Origin: a virus
Taxonomy: Duplodnaviria; Caudoviricetes
Reading direction: 5' to 3' (one strand)
IMG/VR virus record: IMGVR_UViG_3300024259_000011
Length of the DNA stretch: 64,000 bases
Part shown: positions 27,713-38,034 of the stretch, one piece after another
Position numbering within the stretch: position 1 is the stretch's first letter
How the letters are laid out: each line of letters starts with the position of its first letter
The notes under the pieces: generated by a model
Seen by the model: the letters and a program-made list of their open reading frames with translations, nothing else
Database searches by the model: none
What the model was told of the DNA's origin: nothing
Translations under genes and position numbers: made by a program

Positions 27713-28078
27713 TTACTTAAATGGCCAATCGATGCCCGTACTGCGCTCAAACTTTTTCACTGCGCCACGGAGCGCGTACTTACTACGATACGTGCGTGGA
27801 TCATCCAAGCCGTATTTCGCATAATCTTTGTAATATCTTTTTTCACCTGCCAGAGTGCGAGCAAAATCTTTTACTTGCCTCTTGTTGCCACGCACAACCA
27901 AAGGCACTTTCGCGCCACCGAACATGCGTTGCATGATCATTTTGATGCCGCCACCAAACATCGACAAAAAACTTTCGTTCATTTCGCCATTCTCGGCTGC
28001 GCCCAAGTCAATAATAATAGGAGCCAAGTCGCCGTTGTCTTCCATGGATAGTCCTCCAGATGATTTTAATAGCATCAT
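27713..28078 (-). CDS. conserved-looking hypothetical protein
   Basis: 121-aa ORF behind an AACTATTTAC motif; ends FERSTGIDWPFK. Confidence 0.65.
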   Translation of the reverse strand: MMLLKSSGGLSMEDNGDLAPIIIDLGAAENGEMNESFLSMFGGGIKMIMQRMFGGAKVPLVVRGNKRQVKDFARTLAGEKRYYKDYAKYGLDDPRTYRSKYALRGAVKKFERSTGIDWPFK

Positions 28079-28103
28079 CAGTAAATAGTTAAGTAAAAAA
28101 GAA

Positions 28104-28132
28104 AAAGGACCGGGTTTTAATTCCGGTCCTTT
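28104..28132 (-). terminator. intrinsic terminator
   Basis: 10-bp stem AAAGGACCGG/CCGGTCCTTT followed by TTCTTTTTT on the sense strand. Confidence 0.75.
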
Positions 28133-28147
28133 AAAAAAGCAACTCAG

Positions 28148-28400
28148 CTATCTGCTGGGCTTGCTTACACTTGGCATGCTTGGTCTGCTCATGGAAGGCA
28201 TGTTGGAAGATCCCTTACCTTGGGATTTTTTCATCTGTTCTGCTTCATCTTTAAACTGCTTCTGCAATCGCTCCATGAACCAGCGGCGTAGTTTTACTGG
28301 GAGGTTATATGCCTCGATGAAACTCCAGCCTCCGTGATATTTGAGCAAGAAAAATTGTTCATATACCTGTGCTATGTACTCATGACTTAGGCCAAAAAAA
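28148..28400 (-). CDS. tail assembly chaperone downstream ORF (GT-like), probably reached by frameshift
   Basis: FFGLSHEYIAQVYEQFFLLKYHGGWSFIEAYNLPVKLRRWF lies in the +1 frame across a T7 run, with no ATG until MERLQ. Confidence 0.6.
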
Positions 28401-29297
28401 GTCCGCTGTAAACGGCACCTCCATTTCCTGTTCATATCCACAAGCCTCGCATGCGAAGTGTTGTCTCAAATCATAATTCGGCATTAGTGCTGCATAAGCG
28501 CTTCTCAAAAATCGGGAATCCGATGCTGGCATTACATTCACAAATCCGTGAACGTGCTGCATTAACGAGCTTCCATTGACTGCGACGATGTATGCTCTCA
28601 TCTGATCAGTCATTTGAGTGTCATGCCCTAAAAGGTCTTTTCTAATGTTCTTGGAACCCTTCTGAGCAGCCTGCATGCTCTTAGCCATTCGAGCCTCGTC
28701 ATGACCGTTTAGCATACGGACAGTAACGACTACCTCTGACTTAGGCAAGCCGATATCAAACGTAAGATTCTCGTTCTTTGTTACGCGGTTCTGGTGTTTC
28801 TCGGCATCAAAGTGATCTGTGTCGAATCCGGTTGCTTCGCCGTTCTCTAATGTGAATTCATATTCTTGAGTGGTAGAACATGCTGGACACTGAGTCTTTG
28901 TCTTATACTCTGAACCATAGCCGGAGATTCGTGCTGCCACAAGGATAGCATTCTTGTCTCCTGTTAGTAAGTCCTCTACTTTGACGCGCTTATCAACAAT
29001 AATGTTCTGCAAGAACCGGTTGATTGCTACGCCCTTCTTGAGCAAAGCCCTAGACGTAAGAATATCCTCGTCCTTCGCGGTCATATACTTGATTTCCAGA
29101 GTGTCAATCCCGCAAAGCGGATGACCCTCGGTATAGTATGCACCGGATGATGGTAGTTCTACGAACTCGGTTGGGACTACAAAATTTAGTTGTCCCGCTG
29201 GTTGTGGGGTGGACTGCGTAGCAGCCTCTTGAACGGCGGCAGTCGCATCGGGATGTTCCCGGGCGTTTGTCCGTTCGTCGTTGTTACGACCTGACAT
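28380..29297 (-). CDS. T4 gp26-like baseplate/tail assembly chaperone
   Basis: VELPSSG.YY, IKYMTAKDEDILT, DLLTGDKNAIL..ARI.GYG, two CxxC pairs, ends FFWPKS. Confidence 0.8.
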   Translation of the reverse strand: MSGRNNDERTNAREHPDATAAVQEAATQSTPQPAGQLNFVVPTEFVELPSSGAYYTEGHPLCGIDTLEIKYMTAKDEDILTSRALLKKGVAINRFLQNIIVDKRVKVEDLLTGDKNAILVAARISGYGSEYKTKTQCPACSTTQEYEFTLENGEATGFDTDHFDAEKHQNRVTKNENLTFDIGLPKSEVVVTVRMLNGHDEARMAKSMQAAQKGSKNIRKDLLGHDTQMTDQMRAYIVAVNGSSLMQHVHGFVNVMPASDSRFLRSAYAALMPNYDLRQHFACEACGYEQEMEVPFTADFFWPKS

Positions 29298-29363
29298 TAA
29301 TCCTCCAATATGGTTTTAGTATATAATACTTAGTCAGTTTATTCAAATGTTTTTTTAAGATGA

Positions 29364-29972
29364 TTAGTCTCCAGTCATCTCTTTGCGAGTGTCTGTTCTC
29401 CACGTTTGGGGAACTGTACTCTTATCGGGTCCACCAAGCTCTGCCCAATCGTAGCGAACCTTAACGGTAATTTCTACGATGTCATCAGACTCATAATCAA
29501 GATCGCCAAAGCTAACTTCTTTGATCCATGCGTTTTTAAGAGCCCACGTTTCAATGGACACGGGGTCCGGTTGATCGGCGCCGGAGCCGCCACTGATCTG
29601 CTCAAGAACAAGTCCGCCCAAAGCGGCAACTGCAGACGCTTTCGTGATAGTCTGAGCGGCTTTGCCGGGGGTGTCGGGAAGCTTGTATCCGGACATGTCG
29701 ATGATCTTCAAGATGTTGAGTGCCGCATCCGGGTTAACAGGATCGACAAGAGTAAACTCGACTTCGTTGTATTCCACTCGACCCGGGTAATAGAAAGAAT
29801 GGTTGATATAACTATGCTTTACCTCTGAAACTGTAAAGGTGGGCTTAGTCACCTTCTTAATAGTCCAAGCCGGGATGTTGCCAACTTCTGATGCGATGGT
29901 GAGCAACCATCTAAATTTTCTTTTGGGTTCAGTCTTTGCGCTGCTCCAAAAATCTCCTGTGTCTCCTGCCAT
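29364..29972 (-). CDS. tail tube protein (gp19-like)
   Basis: EPKRKFRWLL, YYPGRVEY, TLVDPV, W.LKNAWI..V.FGDLDY; follows the sheath gene. Confidence 0.88.
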   Translation of the reverse strand: MAGDTGDFWSSAKTEPKRKFRWLLTIASEVGNIPAWTIKKVTKPTFTVSEVKHSYINHSFYYPGRVEYNEVEFTLVDPVNPDAALNILKIIDMSGYKLPDTPGKAAQTITKASAVAALGGLVLEQISGGSGADQPDPVSIETWALKNAWIKEVSFGDLDYESDDIVEITVKVRYDWAELGGPDKSTVPQTWRTDTRKEMTGD

Positions 29973-30044
29973 TTGTTAAATCCTCCGAATGAATTCTTCA
30001 CGAACCTCTTGTGGGTTCTTTTTCTTCTATATTAAGTAGTAATG

Positions 30045-30065
30045 CGGTCGGGAAAACCCCGACCG
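30045..30065. terminator. GC-rich hairpin between sheath and tube genes
   Basis: 8-bp stem CGGTCGGG/CCCGACCG; the U-tract is weak on the sense strand. Confidence 0.45.
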
Positions 30066-30074
30066 TTTTCTGGT

Positions 30075-33074
30075 TTAGTCGTCGAATGCTGCGCCGGAAT
30101 CCGTAATCACGAAGTCGATGGCGATGAACTCGATTGCCTTAGCAGGCTTCAAGTAGATCTTAGCGTACATAATGTTTCTGTCGATAAGATCTGGTGTGGT
30201 TGTGCTTTCATCCAAGATAACCTTGAAGTCCATGAGTCCGAGTCGCGACTTGACGCTTCCCAAGAAAGGAGAGACTTTAGAGGTGAACTTCAGCCATGTG
30301 GACTTAACGTTCTGGTCGAAGAGCAACGTTGCCGCCATTCTTGAGACCTCGCGCTTGACATAAATCATCAAGCGACGTACGTTAATACGGTCAAGTGCTG
30401 ACTGGGTAACTTGAAGCGTCTTCTGACCGAAGATTACGATGCCCTCTGCGGGGAATTGTGCAATCGGGTTGATGTTCGCATCGTAGAGGTCATCTCTTTC
30501 CTTGGAAGTCAAGCGTTCGCTGACTGCAAGGACGGGAAGACCACCTCGACCCTCTGACAAACCACCTCGGGTGAAGCCAGCAGGAGCAAACCAAAGCTCC
30601 TGAGTCTTCTGACCATATGACATGGCACCGAGAGCGACAACGGAGGGCGGAACCCAAACACGCTGCGAAGTTTGCGGATCTGAAATCTGGACCCATGGGA
30701 AGTAGCAGGCTCCATAACTGGAGTTAAGTCCGCGTGTCCTCATGTTACTGACAGCAGTAGTGATGTTTGCACCACGGTTCTCTGCAGACTCAGTAGATTC
30801 GGTCTTGGGAGTGTATGCGTTAGCAATATCAATAATCGCCAAGCAGTCTCCACGATCCTCTGCTGTGTTGATGGCATGGTTAGTCAAGCCCGTGTGGGTA
30901 ACACCCGGGATAGCCAACAAGTCCATATCAATAACCTCGGGATCTGCGACCATATCAATAGCCTTCTTGATTGAGTAGTATGCGTAGTTAGTAGTCTCGG
31001 CAGCGTTGCTGGCAAGAACGACGTTGTTGAACGGCTCTGATTGTTTAACATCTACGCCCTCGAAACCACCGTAAAGTGGAAGAACGAAGCGGTTTGCGCC
31101 TGCATCCAGTGGTCCCTTGTAGGACGAGCTAGCAGCAGTCAGCGAAGTACCTGCAAGGCGTGAGCCAGAGAGGTAAGTGGTGTGTGCCGCTTGTCCTGAG
31201 TTCGTGGACTTGATGTCATCAAGTGTGAAGTAGAAGGAAACCTCAGTATCTGCTGACGCTGCAGCATCGTATGAGTCTACACCATAAGGAAGTGCCTGTA
31301 CAGTGTCGCCCCAACTGGTTTCAAACAGAATGTCTGAATCTTCACGGGTTGAATCAACACCCCAGTATGCGTTTCTCGCATCAGACAAACCGCCATTAGA
31401 ACTTGACTGTCTAAGGTACAGTTGTGGGAAGACGTAAGAGCCACTGAATCCAACCTCGGATGCGGCACCAGAAACGTGTACTAGGACCGAGCCAGAGGCT
31501 ACGCCACCTGCCCAGCCGCCTGCACTGTCGGGATCGCCGTTGCCGAGATCAGAACCGGGCTCACCTGAACCTCCGTCCTTGCCGAATACGTTCTGATAAG
31601 CATTGCCGAAATCGTTACCCGGGTTGGCAACCATGGTGGCTCCGCCATCACTTGCAACAGCCGCTGCAACAGAGCCAGAGTTAAGCGTGAAGCCAATAAA
31701 GCGGGGAGGTCCGTAGAAGCCGAAGGGAAGCAGAGACTGGTCTGCAGTTCCGATTTCGACTGCGTTGTTGAGTTCTACACGAACGAACTTGGACATGTTA
31801 GTGTGCTCGCCGTATTGCCTATAGCGCTTCTCGGTATCACTCCAAACGCTTCGCCTGTCGCCAATCTTACGACCAACAAAGTTCGTAGAGAACGGGTTCA
31901 GGTTACATCCTGAGAATCTTTCAACAATCTTAACAGAGTTATCGAGGTCATCCGCCTTGCGAATAACAACATCGAAGGTTCCGTACTTGTCATAGTCGTT
32001 CGAGGAAACCTTAATAGTTTGAATAGCAATCTTAAGATTCTTCTGTTCCCACTCACCGGGTGAGAGAGTAACAAAGCGGAACAACTTCTGCATGTTATAA
32101 GGATCGTAAGATGCGTAGTTGGTGGTCAAATCTTGACCGAATACCCAACCAGACTTAGCTTCCTTTGCTGCCATAGTCTGTACACCGGGGGTGTAGCTGC
32201 CAAGCTTCATCGGGGCAACGAAACCATAGTACTGACCGCTAGCGCCATCGCTGATAGCTGCGGTTCCTGCTTCCCCAGTGTAGTCCGCGGATTGCTGACC
32301 GCACTGCTCGACCAAGTGACGGTCGAAACTCTCACCAAGCCAGTAGTGGAATGATCCATCGGTCGTGCTTTGATCAGTAATCTGATCATTGACCGTCATG
32401 GGGTTCGTGTTGAACACGTTTCTAATATATTTTGCGGAAGACCTATCAAAGTTGAACGCCGTTTCGTGACGCACTTGTGAGCCAGTCATAACTTGGGCAG
32501 TGAAGCCGCAATATGTTGCGTTAGACTCAACCATTACGTTAGAGCCAGAGACTGTAACATCGTCAAGCGTAGAACCAGCCATGGTACCCTTGAGGGCAAG
32601 CTCTCCGTTCTTCAGATAGAAGATGGCTGCTAGACAACCCTTGTTAGCGGTGGCGCCTGAACCGGAGTTCGCGATGAACAGTCCGTAAGCGCCGCCATCG
32701 GTACCAACAGTACCATTTGACCAGCCAGCATACCCAGATGAGGTAGCATCGTCATGTTGCTCACCAACCAAGCGAACAATAGTACATGCGTTGGTGTTAC
32801 GCAGCCATGCTTGTGCAGCATAGGCGGCATAGGTCGGACCTACATTGTTGCCGTCCCGCCAAACGTCGTCTCCTTGACGACCACCGACTGGGGAGCCGAA
32901 GACTTCAATGAAATCTGAAAATGATGTGATTCGAGTGGGACGCATTGATGGTCCTCTCGCTGTGCGTCCAATAATAACTGGACCAATAGGATCAGCCGGA
33001 CGGGGAAGTTGTGAGTTATCAATCTCATTAACAAACACACCGGGTGAAACAAACTTAAACTTGGTTACTGACAT
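30075..33074 (-). CDS. contractile tail sheath protein (gp18-like, 999 aa with insertions)
   Basis: FVSPGVFVNEIDNS, GRTARGP, WFAPAGFTRG, LYDANINPIA.FP..GIV.FGQKTLQ, ALDRINVRRL, FIAIDFVIT. Confidence 0.95.
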   Translation of the reverse strand: MSVTKFKFVSPGVFVNEIDNSQLPRPADPIGPVIIGRTARGPSMRPTRITSFSDFIEVFGSPVGGRQGDDVWRDGNNVGPTYAAYAAQAWLRNTNACTIVRLVGEQHDDATSSGYAGWSNGTVGTDGGAYGLFIANSGSGATANKGCLAAIFYLKNGELALKGTMAGSTLDDVTVSGSNVMVESNATYCGFTAQVMTGSQVRHETAFNFDRSSAKYIRNVFNTNPMTVNDQITDQSTTDGSFHYWLGESFDRHLVEQCGQQSADYTGEAGTAAISDGASGQYYGFVAPMKLGSYTPGVQTMAAKEAKSGWVFGQDLTTNYASYDPYNMQKLFRFVTLSPGEWEQKNLKIAIQTIKVSSNDYDKYGTFDVVIRKADDLDNSVKIVERFSGCNLNPFSTNFVGRKIGDRRSVWSDTEKRYRQYGEHTNMSKFVRVELNNAVEIGTADQSLLPFGFYGPPRFIGFTLNSGSVAAAVASDGGATMVANPGNDFGNAYQNVFGKDGGSGEPGSDLGNGDPDSAGGWAGGVASGSVLVHVSGAASEVGFSGSYVFPQLYLRQSSSNGGLSDARNAYWGVDSTREDSDILFETSWGDTVQALPYGVDSYDAAASADTEVSFYFTLDDIKSTNSGQAAHTTYLSGSRLAGTSLTAASSSYKGPLDAGANRFVLPLYGGFEGVDVKQSEPFNNVVLASNAAETTNYAYYSIKKAIDMVADPEVIDMDLLAIPGVTHTGLTNHAINTAEDRGDCLAIIDIANAYTPKTESTESAENRGANITTAVSNMRTRGLNSSYGACYFPWVQISDPQTSQRVWVPPSVVALGAMSYGQKTQELWFAPAGFTRGGLSEGRGGLPVLAVSERLTSKERDDLYDANINPIAQFPAEGIVIFGQKTLQVTQSALDRINVRRLMIYVKREVSRMAATLLFDQNVKSTWLKFTSKVSPFLGSVKSRLGLMDFKVILDESTTTPDLIDRNIMYAKIYLKPAKAIEFIAIDFVITDSGAAFDD

Positions 33075-33239
33075 TACGCTTAATCTCCTGCATTAATACT
33101 TTAGCCCTCTGCAAAGCGGGGACTTTTATGTTCTTCATACAGCTTCTTTGTCGCCATATTTCACTAATAAATAGTTCCGGATATCTCCAACGGACATGAA
33201 AGAATGGAAAACCAAGCAAAGTCTTGTATGCAACGAAAG

Positions 33240-33264
33240 AAGGGGTCCGACAAGCGGACCCCTT
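33240..33264 (-). terminator. intrinsic terminator
   Basis: 10-bp stem AAGGGGTCCG/CGGACCCCTT followed by CTTTCGTT. Confidence 0.65.
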
Positions 33265-33287
33265 CAGGGACAAATCCCTACTTAATC

Positions 33288-36215
33288 TTAGAGTAAGAAG
33301 TAGACTTGAAGTACATCGTCGGCATCAAGCTTGAGATCGGCGTGAAGTTCGATTGAGCCAGTAGCTGTGGAGTAATCACCAGAGCCAGCGGCAGCGTCGG
33401 TGGTATCACCACGATAAAGCATTTGACCGTTCAAGAACACCATCTCACTACCAGAAACTGGAGTGGCTGGAAGGGTGTAAACGCCCGAAGCAGTGGTATA
33501 ACCATTACCGCTCGAACCAATGCAACGTTCCATGCCAAAGTCAACAACCAATGCGTTACTGACAACTGCGATACCGTTTCCGCCACAGTTAGAGTTCAGC
33601 ATAGTGCCTTCGACAGCGGTAGCTGCGATAGTGATAGCGCCGGCGTTAGACATGGTAGCATCACCGCTAACAGCGACGAGAGTACCAACGTTTGAACCAT
33701 TACCAACCATGATCTGACCAGCAGTCACGGCTTCCATCTTGCTATAAGCGATGCCGGCAGCGGAAGCAACAGAAGCGTTGACAACAGCATTTGCAGCCAA
33801 CTCGTCAGCACCAACAGCATCATCAGCAAGCATGCTGTTTTCGACAGCGCCTGCACCGATAGTCACAACACCAGCATTAGTACAAGTTACATCACCGCTA
33901 AGAGCGAAAGAACTGTAGTCAGTCCCATCAGCAATCAAGAAGTGAGTAGTGGTAGCAGCCAAACTATCATCGAAAAGAGCAATGTGAGAGCCCTCAACCG
34001 CGTCAGCAGCGAGGGTGACAGCACCATTATTAGCCATGGTTGCGTGACCAGACATCGCGACTTCTTGATAGCTTGTGCCATCGGCAACAAGGAATTTAGT
34101 AGAAGTATTGTCAGCCATCTTGAAGAGCCCACCACAAGTTAGATCAGCTTCTGCGTTAACAGCGCTGGTGAAGTTCGCAATGTTGCTTACTTCAAGTGAA
34201 CCTGTAATCTGGTGAGTATCGCCAGCAGCATCACCAATAATAGAAGAACCGGAAACATTAAGATATCCAGAAGTTCTAAGACCAGCGCTGGAGTAATGGG
34301 CTACTGAGCCAGAAACACCAGCTTCGGACCAAACAGCCTTACTACCATCCCATATAAGAGCAAAGTTGGTGGTGGCGGTGGACTGACCAATCTTGGTAAT
34401 GTGACCAGAACCGTCAAAGGTGAAAGCAGCAGTGCCGCCTGCTTCCTTAAGTGAACCACCATCATCGATAGTAATATCACCAGACAGCGTAAGGTTACGC
34501 ATACCAGCGGTATCAGCGTTGCTATCAAGGACAACAGCCTTGCTAGCAGCAGCCGTACCAGCGGCAGCACCATCAACATAGCCAATCTCTGCATCGGTAA
34601 GAGCAGTAAGAGTGGTCAACTTAGCAGCAGTGACAGAAGCGCCGGCACCATCGAGCAAGTTAAGCTCTGCAGGGGTTGAAGTGATTGCTACAGTTGAAGC
34701 TGCAGCAAATGGCTGCAAGAAACCACTAACATTTGCAAGTTGGTGGACCTTATCAGCGCCAGTTGGGTCAACCGCTTTAAGGGTTGTCTCGTAGGCATCA
34801 TCGGTAGCACCCTCGAAGATAACACCGTTTGCGGTGTTAACAACTTCAACGTCAACTGTCGTTGTGGTACCGGTAACAATCAAGTTACCCGGGATGATAA
34901 CTCTCGAAGCAGCGCCATTACCTAGGGTAATGTCAATTTCATCCTCAAGATCACCATCAGCAATGATAATACCGTTGTTCATTTCGCCATCGTGAGAAGC
35001 GACACGCAACACCATTTTACCACCTTCAAAACCGTTAGATGCATCTGCAATCTGTACAAAAAGTTCGGCGTATGAAGTTTGCTCTTGAGCATCGTTATCT
35101 CCGCTCCAAGCAATCATACCAACGATATCATTATCAGCAGCGGCGGCGCCCTTGTCTTTCAAAAAGTGAAGACGAGCACCATTTGTATCGTTTGTGGTAT
35201 TTTTAAGTTGCAGCATTGGATCGAGAGTATTTGCTGAATCGATCTGAAACGTATCAGCAGTCACAGCAACTGTGGGAGCAACTGCAACAAGGGTTGTGTC
35301 AGCGGCAAGTTTCAAGTTGCCGTCAGAAATCTGATGAATATAAGTAGCAGAGTCGCCGAACTGAAGTTGACGTGACGAGTTCAGAAGCAGTGCTGTGTCA
35401 GCAACGTGAGTTAGCGTCACATCACTACCGTCACCGAATGCAAGAACTGCAGCGTCTGACTTGAGCTTGACATCATTGCCAAAGATACCGTCTTTTGCAA
35501 CACTCAAACCACCATCGGTCTGTAAAGAACCGTCAGTAGTGGAAGTGGCATCGGTAGCATCATCGACAATTACGCGACCAGAGGTCGTGAGTTGAGCCAT
35601 AGCCGAGTTACCGGTTGAGGTGATCGCACCGCAACCAACAGTGCCAATAGTAGCAATGTTCTTAGAACCATCCAAGACAACAGCCTTGGAAGCTGCAGCG
35701 GTACCTGCAGATACACTATCAAGAACACCCAATTCCGCCGTAGAAATTGTAACAGCGTCAAGTGTCAACGACGTGTCGCCGGTGATGGTGCCACCGACAT
35801 TAATTGAGCCGAAAGTTGAAGCACCAGTTGAGGTGATCGCACCGCAACCAACAGTGCCAATAGTAGCAATGTTTTTGCTAGCATCCAAGACAACAGCCTT
35901 AGAAGCAGCCGCAGTGCCTGCGGTTACACTATCTAGGACTCCGATCTCCGCAGTGGTGATCGTCGTAGTGTCGAGGGTTAGGCTAGTGTTTACCGTTAAA
36001 GTACCATCGATATTTGTGTTTTGGAAAAGATTGATTTTGCTGCCAATATAATCAATTGCTCCGCCGTTGTAAAAGGAAATTCCTCCCGCTTTCGTGATGG
36101 ATCCCGATTCCATGCTCAGACCGCCGGTGTATACACCTTCAGCGAATTTCGCCGTTGTTGCGGTTGAACCTGAAAAGGGAGCCAACTGACTCGCGTTTAC
36201 TAATGTTTTTGCCAT
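33288..36215 (-). CDS. fibre-like virion protein (975 aa) with internal repeats
   Basis: Ala/Gly/Thr/Ser-rich; repeats AAASKAVVLD.SKNIATIGTVGCGAITSTG and ALSGD(A/V)T; C-terminal VFLNGQ...DY domain. Confidence 0.75.
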   Translation of the reverse strand: MAKTLVNASQLAPFSGSTATTAKFAEGVYTGGLSMESGSITKAGGISFYNGGAIDYIGSKINLFQNTNIDGTLTVNTSLTLDTTTITTAEIGVLDSVTAGTAAASKAVVLDASKNIATIGTVGCGAITSTGASTFGSINVGGTITGDTSLTLDAVTISTAELGVLDSVSAGTAAASKAVVLDGSKNIATIGTVGCGAITSTGNSAMAQLTTSGRVIVDDATDATSTTDGSLQTDGGLSVAKDGIFGNDVKLKSDAAVLAFGDGSDVTLTHVADTALLLNSSRQLQFGDSATYIHQISDGNLKLAADTTLVAVAPTVAVTADTFQIDSANTLDPMLQLKNTTNDTNGARLHFLKDKGAAAADNDIVGMIAWSGDNDAQEQTSYAELFVQIADASNGFEGGKMVLRVASHDGEMNNGIIIADGDLEDEIDITLGNGAASRVIIPGNLIVTGTTTTVDVEVVNTANGVIFEGATDDAYETTLKAVDPTGADKVHQLANVSGFLQPFAAASTVAITSTPAELNLLDGAGASVTAAKLTTLTALTDAEIGYVDGAAAGTAAASKAVVLDSNADTAGMRNLTLSGDITIDDGGSLKEAGGTAAFTFDGSGHITKIGQSTATTNFALIWDGSKAVWSEAGVSGSVAHYSSAGLRTSGYLNVSGSSIIGDAAGDTHQITGSLEVSNIANFTSAVNAEADLTCGGLFKMADNTSTKFLVADGTSYQEVAMSGHATMANNGAVTLAADAVEGSHIALFDDSLAATTTHFLIADGTDYSSFALSGDVTCTNAGVVTIGAGAVENSMLADDAVGADELAANAVVNASVASAAGIAYSKMEAVTAGQIMVGNGSNVGTLVAVSGDATMSNAGAITIAATAVEGTMLNSNCGGNGIAVVSNALVVDFGMERCIGSSGNGYTTASGVYTLPATPVSGSEMVFLNGQMLYRGDTTDAAAGSGDYSTATGSIELHADLKLDADDVLQVYFLL
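35614..35873. repeat. 213-nt (71-codon) tandem duplication with a 47-nt identical core
   Basis: gttgaggtgatcgcaccgcaaccaacagtgccaatagtagcaatgtt at 35614 and 35827. Confidence 0.85.
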
Positions 36216-36312
36216 TCATTTTACCTCCATAGTTAATAAAAAGCACCATAAAAACGTTTTGTTTTATGGGGGTCTTACCATCTACCGAAGATACTATTAC
36301 GCAGCAGCGCTG

Positions 36313-36738
36313 TTACGACTCTGAGCTTGGCTCATCGGCGCGGACAAAGCTACCCTGTTCCTCTTCCCCTACGGGAAAATTCAGAGCATAATCGACAGTG
36401 GGTTCGACATTATAAGTAGTCCGAAGGTCTGTGATTTGTCGCTGCATCTGCTCATTTAGCGCATTATTTACTTTGAGGAAATCGACTCTCTCTTTCTCAT
36501 GTCGAATAAGCAATTCTCCGCCCAAACCTTTAAGTCGTTTGATTGATTCCATTGTTTCATACAAAGGCATCAAATCATCCCTATTGATGGGGATTGCCGG
36601 GTCAGAACAAAATTCAGGCTCTGATGGCTCTTCCTTTTCTTCCTCGGGTGGGGCGCTCTCTTCTTTTTCCTCAACCTCAATATACTCCTCCGGAGTTTCT
36701 AAGGCTGTCTTAAGTTTATTCCATGATTTTTTCCACAT
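36313..36738 (-). CDS. hypothetical protein, acidic with coiled coil
   Basis: 141-aa ORF with AGGAG SD. Confidence 0.65.
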   Translation of the reverse strand: MWKKSWNKLKTALETPEEYIEVEEKEESAPPEEEKEEPSEPEFCSDPAIPINRDDLMPLYETMESIKRLKGLGGELLIRHEKERVDFLKVNNALNEQMQRQITDLRTTYNVEPTVDYALNFPVGEEEQGSFVRADEPSSES

Positions 36739-36774
36739 AATATGCTCCTATTGCTTTTGTTTATGTTATGGTGA

Positions 36775-38034
36775 TTACGAGTTTTTAACGTAGCTAGCTA
36801 CCAGTCTGTCACCGTCTTCCGGTGCGTAATCTAGTGTAATCGTGTTGCTACTGATTGTGTAGTCGGCGGTGGCGCCGGGTGTAAGAACTAGTCCGTTGTG
36901 AACTAAAGTGACGGTGCCAGCGCGGGGATTGCTTGTTAGCGTAAAAGTTTTATTTGTGCCATTCAGCGTTCCAACGACTGCTTGCAAGGTTATAAAGTCT
37001 TCATGTTTGATGACATCATCCTCATCAACGCCGGCGCCGCTACTGGTGGTGTGGACCTTTCCAAAATGAACCTGCCCTGCCATCATCTCTCTCACAGAGC
37101 GCAATGAATTGGCACTAGAGTATCTTATAAACTCTTCCGGTACTGTGCCGGCACCAACAAGCATAACGCTTTCTCGCGGCATGACAATCGATACTGCATT
37201 TTCTCGTATTGACAGTTTGGGTTTGGGGTCGTTTTCCCCGCCACCAATAATGTAGCCCTCAAGCTTGATTGTTATATCCGTTCTCAGTACACGTTCTTCT
37301 TCCTCAAGCGTTGCCAAGTTGTTATTAAAAGAGAAGTCCTCTATCTTTGCATCAAAAATGTGCGTTTCGTGGCTGCAGCGGATCCAACTATGGTTGCCAA
37401 TGTTGCTGTGCATACCTTGCAGGATCTCGTTCATTTGTGTATGGAAATCCGTTTGAATTGAAAGCTTATATTCGACCAATACACGGACGGGCATTGGCAT
37501 CGAAATGGTTTCATACACAATTCTACCATCTTGCTTGTCAACATACATCTTCAAAGCACCCCTGTTTGGCTTAGTATCTCCGTCATAATCGCCTCCGGAG
37601 AATTTCTGTTTTTGGGCTGCAGTTCTAAATGCCGATGTCTTGTCCTGTTTAATACGGCGAGCAACAACAATAGAGCCGCCCTGAGGATCGAGTTTTGAAT
37701 GTGTACTTTGTAAGTTTGCAGGCATCGAGCCCATTCTTGACGGGTCTTTTGTGATCGAAACCCTGTCAATTGCCATCATTGGCAGAATCAACATGCCGCC
37801 ACTGTCGCGAAGGTCTTTGTTAGCCTTGATTTGATGCGCTCTTTCCGCACCAACCCAGATCACCGGCACCTTTTTCCAGCCTTTGCTGGTGTTAGTGTGC
37901 AGGTCACACTTGTCGTTAACCCAGTTGAAGATGGCGGTATCCATCGTCTCCGGAGTAGATGCCGCAAACTCTAGCTCTTGCAATTTTGATAGATTTTCAA
38001 AGGTTAATCTATCTGAGTAATGATCACTCGCCAT
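36775..38034 (-). CDS. tail completion/terminator-like protein (gp15-like) with extra C-terminal beta domain
   Basis: Position after the neck genes; VPVIW..AER, LILPMMAI.R, MPVRV.VEY.L; C-terminal HNGLVLTPG..DYTIS domain. Confidence 0.6.
   Translation of the reverse strand: MASDHYSDRLTFENLSKLQELEFAASTPETMDTAIFNWVNDKCDLHTNTSKGWKKVPVIWVGAERAHQIKANKDLRDSGGMLILPMMAIDRVSITKDPSRMGSMPANLQSTHSKLDPQGGSIVVARRIKQDKTSAFRTAAQKQKFSGGDYDGDTKPNRGALKMYVDKQDGRIVYETISMPMPVRVLVEYKLSIQTDFHTQMNEILQGMHSNIGNHSWIRCSHETHIFDAKIEDFSFNNNLATLEEEERVLRTDITIKLEGYIIGGGENDPKPKLSIRENAVSIVMPRESVMLVGAGTVPEEFIRYSSANSLRSVREMMAGQVHFGKVHTTSSGAGVDEDDVIKHEDFITLQAVVGTLNGTNKTFTLTSNPRAGTVTLVHNGLVLTPGATADYTISSNTITLDYAPEDGDRLVASYVKNS

Noticed and set aside
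33097-33156. 18-codon ORF MATKKLYEEHKSPRFAEG in the sheath leader
   Set aside because: No SD and no recognisable motif; more likely untranslated leader.
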